This document shows positions 19,497 through 30,200 of a stretch of 31,190 nt of DNA, in pieces; the stretch's first letter is position 1; each line of letters begins with the position of its first letter. Both the position numbers and the translations under genes were made by a program. The notes beneath the pieces are model-generated. The model was not told the DNA's origin, made no database searches, and saw nothing but the letters and a program-made list of their open reading frames with translations. This DNA is from a virus. Its lineage: Duplodnaviria > Caudoviricetes. The DNA lies in IMG/VR virus record IMGVR_UViG_3300030095_000973, positions 1-31,190 of that record. One strand, written 5' to 3'.

Positions 19497-20195
19497 ATGT
19501 CATATATTAAAAAAAATACAGAAAGCCCGTTAAAAATATTTCAAGCCATTGGTGGTTTGGTTGGTGGTATATATGGTGGTATACAAGCTGGTAAAGCTGC
19601 TAAAAAAGCAGATAAGGCCGCTAAAAAAGCATCAGCTGAAAAAGCTAGAATGCAAGAAATACTTTCAAATGTAGATACTAGTAATCCGTTTCAAGGCATG
19701 ACTAATCCATATGCTGGTTTAGAAAACACACAAGAAGACTTAACTGTTAATCAACAAGAGGCTGATTTCCAAGCTCAACAGTTTGCGCAAAGCCAAGCTA
19801 ATATAATGGAAGGATTAAGAGGTTCTGCTGGTAGTAGTGGGATCGCAGCTTTAGCTCAATCATTGGCAAAGCAAGGTTCATTATCTGCTCAAAAATCTTC
19901 TGCTAGCATAGGTAAGCAAGAAGCGGCAAATCAAGCAGCGGCGGCAAGAGAAGCTGGTAGATTACAATCACAAGAAGCTAAAGGTGACTTTGATGTAGCT
20001 CAACAAGTAGCGCAAGGAGAGGCATCTTCTCAACAAAGAGAATTAACAAAACAAAAAACTTTATATGATGCCGCTCAACAAGATGCTACTAACGCAACCA
20101 CTGCGGCAACAAACGCACAAGCGTCAAAAGATCAAGCTTGGTCTGGAGCTATATCAAGTGGGGTAAATGTTCTTGGTGGTTTAATTGGAGGTTAA
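19497..20195 (+). CDS. Putative ejection/pilot (internal virion) protein
   Basis: Gly-rich apolar ends (IFQAIGGLVGGIYGGIQAG; WSGAISSGVNVLGGLIGG) around an Ala/Gln-rich helical core. First of three genes of increasing size after the tail genes, as with P22 gp7/gp20/gp16 and T7 gp14/15/16. Confidence 0.65.
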   Translation: MSYIKKNTESPLKIFQAIGGLVGGIYGGIQAGKAAKKADKAAKKASAEKARMQEILSNVDTSNPFQGMTNPYAGLENTQEDLTVNQQEADFQAQQFAQSQANIMEGLRGSAGSSGIAALAQSLAKQGSLSAQKSSASIGKQEAANQAAAAREAGRLQSQEAKGDFDVAQQVAQGEASSQQRELTKQKTLYDAAQQDATNATTAATNAQASKDQAWSGAISSGVNVLGGLIGG

Positions 20196-20213
20196 ATTTA
20201 AAATATTATAGTA

Positions 20214-21176
20214 ATGGAAGAAGAATACGTACCACAAAGTCAACAGCCAGTAGAGCAGGCGGCGCCTCAAGCTGTACCTAACGAAAACGAAATGTTTTTA
20301 AAATTAATGAATGAAGAGTTAAATAGAGATCCTAAAGTTACAACGCAAGAAAGAGAAGATCTTACAAACAAAACTCTAGAATTAAAAAAAGATTTTTCTA
20401 ATGGTGACAAAAATGAACAAGCTAATATACAACAACAAACTGTAGAAATGGCTCAAATGATGACCGTGCCAGAAGAGTTTAAGAAAAAAATAGCAGAAAC
20501 ATTAACTGATAGTGAAAACTTTGGTCATAATCCCGTTGAAAAATTAGGACCTATGGCTAATGATATTATAAATATAATAAATGGAGGCAGTCAACCTATT
20601 TTTAAAGACAAAGTTCCAGGTTATGAAATGAGTGATGGCAAGTGGATGTCTATGGAAGATATTACTGACATGGTAAACAGTATGAAGCTAGATCAAGGTA
20701 GCAAAGAAGGCATGAAAGTATTAATGAATGACGTTGTTAGAAAAGCTGAAGATGTGCAGCCAGGTGACGATCCTAGTTTTAATTACCAAAAAGAATATAA
20801 CAACATCAAAGAAAAAATTGTAGAAACCGGTAATCTAGCGTCATTATCAATGGACAAAATATTTGGTAATAGAACATTTAAAGATGATTTAATATCTGCT
20901 ATACAAAAAGGTACTTATACTGATATGGGAATACCTGAGGCTCAAGTTCAAGATCCTACACCTGAAGATGGTAGAATAACATCTGAAGACGCTAAAATTA
21001 TATCAGGCATGATTATGCAAGATGAAACCATGCTAAAAGATTACTTAGCAGAATATTTTACTAAAGCACTAGAGCAAAATTATAATAATAATTTAAGCCC
21101 TGCCTCAAGAAGAAATATGCAAACGAACCAAACAAAACCACAAGCCGTAAATCAAGATTATAATTCAAATAAATAA
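20214..21176 (+). CDS. Putative second ejection/internal virion protein (acidic, Met-rich, 320 aa)
   Basis: ORF track. Helical composition. Located between the pilot-like gene and the giant ORF. Confidence 0.5.
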   Translation: MEEEYVPQSQQPVEQAAPQAVPNENEMFLKLMNEELNRDPKVTTQEREDLTNKTLELKKDFSNGDKNEQANIQQQTVEMAQMMTVPEEFKKKIAETLTDSENFGHNPVEKLGPMANDIINIINGGSQPIFKDKVPGYEMSDGKWMSMEDITDMVNSMKLDQGSKEGMKVLMNDVVRKAEDVQPGDDPSFNYQKEYNNIKEKIVETGNLASLSMDKIFGNRTFKDDLISAIQKGTYTDMGIPEAQVQDPTPEDGRITSEDAKIISGMIMQDETMLKDYLAEYFTKALEQNYNNNLSPASRRNMQTNQTKPQAVNQDYNSNK

Positions 21177-21215
21177 TCTTATTTTTAATAACGGGTAACT
21201 AACGAAACAGTAACA

Positions 21216-24200
21216 ATGGACACTAAAATATATATGGTCGATGATCAGCCTCATGAGGTATCATCTGATCAAGAATCACAATTTTTAAAAAACAATCCTA
21301 GCGCAACTTTACAAAGTAAAGAAAGCAATAATTCCAAATCGGAAAAAGATCCAAACAATTTATTTATTAACGAAAAATCATTCAAACCTGTCAATACTGA
21401 CGTGTCATATTATTTTCATAGAGATCAAAATAATTGGCATAGATTTGATCCTAAAACTGGTGATGATAAAGTTGTAGCAACTGGCTATGAGCAAGACGAC
21501 GCTTCGTCAGAGCTTAATGTTGCTATGAATGCGGACAGTGAATCTAACGTTGATTACAACTTCCATGACAATCCTATGGATCCAAAAAAAGATTTATATT
21601 CTTTTCATGACCCAGATTATAGTAAAAGATTTGAAGATGATAAAAATCACAAAAAATCTCTTAATCAAAAATCAAAAGTTAAAAAGAAAAAACCAACATC
21701 TACTCCTAAAGAAAAACCTGGCGAAACAACACCTTTAATGCTTATGCCTGAAAATAATTTTACTGGACCAAGCATAGATGTTGACAGCACACCAGATCAA
21801 GTTTTAGATTATAATAATGCGCCTGAGTGGTTTAACAATAGATCATCACACCAATTATGGCCTGATAACGAAAAGTATAGCGAACAAGTTTACGAAGCTG
21901 TAATGAACGGTACTCATGGTTTTAATCCTAAAACTGGAAAGCTAGTATTGCTTGATGAACCAATAAAAATAGATCCAGCTATAAAAGAAATATCTGTAAA
22001 ATCGTTATACGAGAAAAAAAATTCAGAAAAACTTGATGAACGTTCTAAGAACGGTGACCCAGCTGTAGGCGAAGGTGATTTAGAATTAAGCGATGCTGAA
22101 CTAGCTGATTTAGAAGCCAAAGAGTCTATGCCTGAAATAACTCAAGAAAATTTACCAAGCTTTGAAGGAGACTTAAAAATACCTGGAGAGTTTTTGTACT
22201 CAGACACTGGACCTCAATTAGATGATATAATGATTAGAACTGGTGCAAAAACTTGGTTGCAAGAAAACTACGGGGAGTACGGATTTAAGTTTGAACAAGA
22301 TGGTAGATTTTTAAAACAAGGCGTTGTTGTCACAGCGTCTAATGGAGAAAAAAAAGAATTTGCTTTAGGTAATTCTAATGTTGCTGAAGAAATGGATAAG
22401 TGGATGAGAGCTAATGCTGTTAGCCCTATGTCTAGACTTAAAGTGGCTGACACGTTTGCAGATCAATACGTTGAGAAGAATGTACAAAACATACCGTCTG
22501 ATCTCAATAAGGCAATGAGAAAAATAAATAAAATAAGAGAACTATGGGGACTAGAAGGATATAGTAATGATCAAGTAAGAGATATTTATAAGAACTTTAA
22601 AGAAAACATGAATGAATCTGGACAAGGTCCTAAAAAATTTAATGTATTAAGAGAAATTACCACTCCTGCTTTTATTGAAAATCTTAGAAAAGAAGGTAAA
22701 AACGAACAAGCTGATTTTTATGAAAGAAGAGCTATTATGGATATGTATACTGGACACATGGACGAAAGTTACAGAACAATGGTTGACGGTAAGTTTATAA
22801 AAGATAGATCAACGCAAAATGAAAAAGATGGTAATATATTTGAAACTAAAAGATTAAAGGCGTTTGGTGTTGACAAATTTCTTGGTGTAGATAAAAATAA
22901 ACAATTAACTAACTTAGTTCAATTTGATTATAACGATCTTGCAGAAGATTTTGATTTAAATTCTATTGCTAATGCTGAAAAAGGTTATAAAGAATCAAAG
23001 GCCTTGCAAGAATATGAAAAATTAAAACAAGCCCAAAATAAAGATTTTAATTTATTTTCTGGGTCAGATGAAGAGATAAAATCTAAAATAGAACAAGCTA
23101 AAAAAGATCCTGAATATTTAAAATTATATCAAAACTTAAAATTAGATAATGATGAATTATCTAAGTATATATTAAAACAACATAAAAGAGACGCAACAAA
23201 TAAATATTATAATAAAGGCGTAGAAGAATACGCTAAAACATTAGATTCTGGCATATGGTTTGATAAAAGCTTATTGTCAAAAGAAGTCAAAAATGAAGCG
23301 GATCTTATGAGCAAAGAGCTTATAAAAAATACCAGCGAGCGCCGCGTGAACAATGATGAATACCAAACTAAAGTAAATAAATATGAAGAAATTGGTAATA
23401 AGTTAAATACATTTAATAATACATACAAAGAAGAATTAAAAAATAAAAAAATAGAATACAATATTGACAGCGAAAAAAAACAAAAAGAAGTTGTTAATAA
23501 TATTAAAAATGATGTAGAAAAATTAGCGCCTAAAATAAAAGAAAAATATAAATTTAGAACTGACAAAGATTTTGAGCTAGTTCAAAATAATATTCAAAAA
23601 AGAATAAAAAATGTAGTTGATAAAGAATTAAAAAGAATTAAAAGCAGTAATGAGTTTGATTTAAGTACTGAAGAAGGCGTTGCTTTAGCAAATAAAAAAA
23701 TTGAAGAAATACAAAAATTAGAAATAGAAAAAGGAGAAAAAGAAATAAACTTAATTAATGAAGAAGAAAAAAAGAAGTATGATGATTATAATAAAGAAAT
23801 TAACGGTATACTTAATTCAAAAATTAAAAAGTACGAAAACGATCAAAACTCTAAAATAAATAAAATGAATGAAGATCCGTTTTTTACGGATTATAAAGAC
23901 GACGTGGCGGCTTTTAATATATTAAAAAATGAATTACAACCAACAGATGAGGAAGGTAATCCAGTAAAAAATAAATATGTATTATTAGATGAGAAGCTAG
24001 AAAAAGATTTAGCAGGAATTGATATGTCTGAAGATGAGCTTAACGCTATAACTTCTGCTGTTGGTAAAAACTATGATTTTGGAACTAGGCTAAGTTATGA
24101 ACTTATGCATGCCGCTATAGATTTAGGTCAAGGCGTTATGAATGTTGGTGATATGTTTATGGCTGCACCAAAACAAATATTAGATGATATTAGAAAGCGA

Positions 24201-27200
24201 GATCCAGTATTTGACGCTTGGTGTAAGACTTCTAAACTTACAGTAGGAAATGCTACTTTTAAAATTAGAGATAAAGATGATGACTTTAGACCTATTGAAC
24301 AATTTAGTAATAAAATAGATAAGTGGCAAGAAAAAACTAGAGAAAATTATTCAAGATTAATACAGTATGATGAAATAGAGGGAGCAACTGATTTTGGTGA
24401 ATGGTGCCTTGGGACTATGGTTACTCAATTACCTCAGTTAGCATTAATGTATGCTACTGGTGGTTCGTCATTATATATACTAGGTGCTTCTAGTGCTGGC
24501 TCTAAGTTTGATGAAATGAATCAACAGTTGAGGCAATTTGAAAGAACTAATGGCCAACATGGTCAAGAGTTTACTTTTGCGGAAATGTTTTTAAATGCTT
24601 CGTTTACTGGATTTATGGAGGCAGCTTCAGAAAGTATAACGCTTGGGCAAATTAACAAATTAAAAGCCATGATGGGCAGTCAGTGGAAGCTTGGTTTCGC
24701 TAATGGTCTTAGAAAAAATGTTTTTAGTCTTAAGGGTCTCAAAAACAATACTAATATATTTTTAAGAGAAGGATTTGAAGAGGGCTTTTCTGAAAGTATA
24801 GCTCAGATATCTAGTAATTTTGCGGACATAGCAAGTGGTGATAAAGACGCAACTATGTGGGAAGGCGTATCAGAATCATTCGCTAGTGGTTGGGTTATAA
24901 GCACGGGTATAAAAATTCCATCTCTTGGAAAAAAATTAAGAGCTCCTTTTATACCAAAAGACGCAAATCAAAGATTAGGTGAAATAAGTGATAGAATACA
25001 AGACTTAACAAAGCAAGCTGGTAATTCTAAAAATGCTGAGGATATAGGTAGAATAGAAACTGAAATAGCAGAACTAACTTTTGAAAGTGGAGAGATAATA
25101 CAAAACACAGCTAACAGAGTAGATCTCATACAAAGTAAAAATCCACAAGATATAAAAGCTTTAATTAATATTGAAAAGAAAACTTACGATTTACGTAAAA
25201 AATCTGAAGAGATACAGCTAAATGATAAGTTATCGCCTGAGCAAAAGCAAGTTGAATTAAATAAATTATTAGAAAAAAGAGCTGAGTACTTTATTCAAAA
25301 AGATAATATATTAAAAAAATATAGACCAGAGGACGTTCAAAAGTTCACTAAAGAAAGAACGCAGACGTACGAAGAAATAGCTAACATGGCTGAACAACAC
25401 GGCGCTCCAAAAGTAAATATTAAAGAAGTAAACAAAGATGAGTTTGCAGAAAGAGAGTCTAAGTACGATCAAAATAAATCTAAAAAACAAATTGAAGATA
25501 TTTCTTTATATAATAAAGGTTTAACTCAAGGTCTTCAAAATATTATTAAAGACAAAAACTCAACAAAGCAAGAGATTAAAGAAGCTAAAGAAGCTTTAAA
25601 GAAAGCAGAAACTCAAATAAGAATAGCTGACAATATATTAAATGCAGATGATTATGGAGTAATGCAGCCAAAGTTTGATAAAAATGGTAACATAGAATCT
25701 ATGGACATTTTAATAAACAAAGACGCTGTTAATAAAGATGGTAAGTTTAATACCGCTGCACATGAATTTATACATGCTACTTTTGCTAACACTTTAAAGT
25801 TTGATCCTGCTATGAGGGAGATAGCTGGTGGAGCTTTAAATAAAATAATAAATGGCAAAGGTATTGAGTTTGCTCCAGGCATGGCTGAGGTTTTTAATAA
25901 AAGAGTCGCTCAATATCCTCCTAGCAAACAAGGTGAAGAAGGTTTAGCTATATTGTCAGAGATGATGTTAGACAACCAAGTAAAGCTTACTGATAGTGTA
26001 GCAGGTAAATTTGGTAATGTATTTAGAAGATATACTCAAAACGTTAAAGGTTACGATATAGAGTTTAATACCCCAAATGATATTAGAAACTTTTTAAAAG
26101 ACTATAATTACTCTATAAAAAATAATAAACCTAGCCCAGCAATAGCTAAAATGTTAGCTAAGGGAGCTAATGGTAAAATGTTTGAAGACGCTAGGACTCC
26201 AGATGAAATAAAAAGACAAGACGCTCACAGTAGGTCAGTAAAACAAAACATGCAGTCAAACCCTGATTTAAAGCCGGCCTTTGATAATCTTGTTCAAGTT
26301 GAAAATGGTAATTCTAAATTTAAAAATAACGACGATTTTAAAACATCACCTGAGTTTCATGAAGGTTATAGTAAGATAGTTGATAGTCAATTATTAGACG
26401 GTTTAATAAAACAAGGCATGACTGAAAGAGGTTTACCACCAGAGGCCTTACGAGATTTTACTAGAAAAGTTAAAGAAGAATTAGGTCTTAGATATTTAAA
26501 TAATTATGATATATCTAAGAATGATAGTTTATTTGGCTGGTTAACAGGAGTTTCTGGAGGTGCTGGAAAATCTATTATATATAGAGCTAAAGGTGATGTA
26601 ATAAATCAATATGTAAAAGAAGGTAAAGCCGATGATGTTTCTATAGATAAACAAATTGGAGAAGTTGGAACGTTAGCTGATGTTTTACAAGCAGAAACGG
26701 ATTCTTTAATAGACCAAATAGATAACGCTGACATGACTCCAACTAAAAAGCGTGATTTAAAAAACAATATTGAAGATTTAAAAATGGTAATGGAAGTTTT
26801 AAACTTGCCAGAAAACACTAAAAAATCTATAATAGATGCAGTAAATTCAGCTGATGTTAATTTAAAAGGCTTATCATACAAAGGTATACGTGATTTATTA
26901 TTATCTACACAAACTAAAGCTACAACAGAAAAAAAGGTAACGCCAACAGGGCCATTGTTTGGAGTATTAAATGCAATAGCTGCAGAGTTTGGTATTGATC
27001 CATTAAGAATACTTGCAAAACAAGATTTAAGTTCTGAACAAAGAAAGTTAGCTCAACAATATATATTAAAAAAAGCTATTAATGAAGATGGTAGCTTTAA
27101 TAAAGATATATTAGAAATGCTACCAGATGGCCAAGATAGAAGTGGTAAAGCTACTGGTGTAGCTAATACAAAACTTGGTGAGTTTTATACTAAAGGTAAA

Positions 27201-30200
27201 AGAGCTAAAATGAGTGAAGGTGCCACTGGCGCTGGCTTAGCTACTCAAACAAAAAGAACTGACGTAAGTAAAGATCAATTTTTAAATTTATTTGGTATAA
27301 ATCCTGATGGCTCTTTTCAGCCAGGTAGAAAAGCTGATGGTGCTATAAGAGAACTTGTAACACAAATAGCAACATTAACAGCTAATCAACAAATAAGATT
27401 AAACGCTGTGCAAAATTCTTTAGCAGCTGAATCTGAAATAGCAGTACTTAGAGATGGTATGTCTGAAAAAATGTACAATAAAAAAGTACAAGAAGATGGA
27501 GCTGATATAGAAACTTTGTCTGTAATTCCTGATAAGTATGAAAATAAAAACAACTTTGTTCAAGTTAAAGCTACTAAAGGTGGCCAAACAGATGCCACTA
27601 CTGGTACTACTGTAGTAGAGGGTGAATTTGGTGAGTTTGATATGATAGACTTGGATGCTGATCACATAAATAAAATAACTGGAGAACCAAGTGGATTAAC
27701 ACAAGGTGAGTATATATTAAAGTCTGGAAAAGCTATAATAAAAGCTGATCCTAGAATGTGGCAAATAATGTATTATACTATGACTGGCAGCGTTAAGCGA
27801 CAAAGCCTAATGACTAAAGAAAATTTTATTGAAACGTTTGGCAAAGATCCTTATAATGCTAAAAAACACGGACCGCCTTTAAATATACCAAGAATAAAGT
27901 ATACTAAAAAACAAAAAGACGGCGCTAAAGTTCCAGTGCAAGATAAATCTGTTTTACAAAACTTTAATGAAAACGATTATAAAAATAAAATACCAACATT
28001 AATAAAATCATTTAAAGTTATTGAAAAGGTATTAGATACAGTTAATGGGAATCCTGAGTACGCTGATTTTGTTGCTCAACTTATATCTGATACAGTTAAT
28101 AACACAGCTTATGGTATAACTAGAATATCAGCCCCAACCTACTTTGCTCTTATAGATCCTGTTACTGGCAAAGTTGACTACGTAACTCAAGTAGTAGAAG
28201 AGCACGCTGCTCCACAAAAAAAGTTAGTTGCTAATGTATTATTTAATGCTGCTAGACTTGGAATAGTAGATTCTGTAGCTCCACTAATAGAGTCTTATTT
28301 TAAACAAGGTTCTTTAGCTCATATTGATGACGTTTTAGTAAACCAAAATTTTGGTCAAGACATGCCTAGAGATTTTTATGACAATGCTCTGCCAATGTTA
28401 AAGGACGGTACATATCCTAGTGATTTAAAAGACTTATCATTTTTAATTAGATATGTTCAGCCTCACAAAATAAAAAATGCAGAAAAAACTGGTTTTCCAA
28501 AAGACAGCACTCAATATATTGATATGAATAAATATGTTGTTTTAGCAGGCATACATAAAGGAAAAACATTTGCAGAAGCATTAGGTGTTGGTATGAAGGG
28601 TAAGGTATCTAAAAAAATTATAGAGATTCAAAACAATTTAATGAGCCAAGTATTAAATGGCCAAATAACAAAAGAAGCTGCTAGCGAAACATTTAAAAAA
28701 TTAGTTCCTAAAAGTGTTAATTCGTATTATAAAAATTTAGAAGACAACGAAATAGCTATTAACAATAAACTTAATTTACAAAATCAATTAAGAGAGTCTG
28801 AAAATAAATATTCTAGTAAAAGCAAAGTTGAAGTTAAAGGTGCTTCTGTTTTTGACTTTGATGACACTTTAGGAATAACTAAGTCTGGCGTTAGAGTTAG
28901 AGTGCCTAACGTTGATGGAGATCCTAAACCAAGTCGTAAGGTTGTATTTTTAGCAGGTGGCGCGGGTAGTGGTAAATCTAACGTAGTTAGAAAATTAAAA
29001 CTAGAAGGGCAAGGATTTAAAATTGTAAACTCTGATATATCATTAGAGTGGCTAAAGAAAAACTCAGGCTTACCTGCTGATATGCAAGACTTGACTAAAG
29101 AACAGAGAAGTACATTAGGTAGATTAGGCGCTGAGTCTAGAAAAATAGCTAAACGTAAAATGATGAAATACCAAGGTGATGCCAACGGTGTTGTTGTTGA
29201 TGGCACAGGCGGTTCAGCTAAACAAATGCAAAAATTAGTTAAAGAGTTTCAAGACAAAGGATATGACGTTAGCATGATGTTTGTTGAGACTTCTTTAGAA
29301 ACAGCATTAGAAAGAAATAGAAATAGAAAAGAAAGAACTTTATTAGATACTATAGTTAGACGTAATCATGACGCTGTTCAGGGTAATAAAGATGGTTTTA
29401 AAAAATTATTTGGTAATAACTTTATGGAAGTTAATACTGATAATATGACATTAAAAGATAGTGTACCTAAAGAGCTAGCAGCTAAGATGAATAATTTTGT
29501 AAGTGGTTATGAAAAACTTAGATTAGACGCTACAGAGTTTGCTGAGCATGGTGACAGTATATTAGAGAAAGGAGGAGAGTTTGATTTTACAGAGTTTGAT
29601 CAAGTAGTAGAAGGAAGACCTGGCCCTTTATTAGACAAGGCAAAGCAAAGAGCTGCGAAATATGGAACTAAAGATATATTTGTTTTAACCGCTAGAACTC
29701 AAAAATCAGCTAAAGCAATACAACAATTTTTAAAATCACAAGGCTTAAATATACCATTACAAAATATTACGGGATTAGCTAATAGCACGGGTGATGCTAA
29801 AGCTCAATGGATGTTAGAAAAATACGCTGAAGGTTATAACGATATGTATTTTGCTGATGATGCTTTACAAAACGTTGAAGCTGTTAAAGAAGTATTAGAT
29901 CAACTTGATATTAAATCAGATGTTGTTCAAGCTAAATTAAATCAAAATAATACTTTAGTAGATAATAGTGATGCTATGAAAAGTAAAGTTATTGAGCCTA
30001 GTGTTGATAATACTATTAATGAAGAGTTTAATAAAATACTTGAGCGTAAAAAAGGTATACCTGCTGTAAAAGTAGTATCTGAGGCTGAATCAAGAAGAAG
30101 AGGATCTCAAACTAATATTGCTAGATTTTTTAAAAGCCTTTACATACCGCCATCAGCAGAGGATTTTAAAGGATTAATGTATTACTTTGTAGGTAAAGGA

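Noticed and set aside
26538-26573. WLTGVSGGAGKS resembling a Walker A motif (as in APS kinase WLTGLSGAGKS)
   Set aside because: The spacing is Gx5GKS rather than Gx4GKS, no Walker B follows, and the flanks fit sigma region 2 better. It is treated as a Gly-rich loop insertion.
27648-27662. DLDAD (DxDxD) in the giant protein as a possible two-barrel RNA polymerase active site
   Set aside because: It lacks the usual context (no preceding R.P motif or G/A-D-F-D-x-D), and no double-psi barrel pattern was recognisable. An RNAP beyond the window end cannot be excluded.
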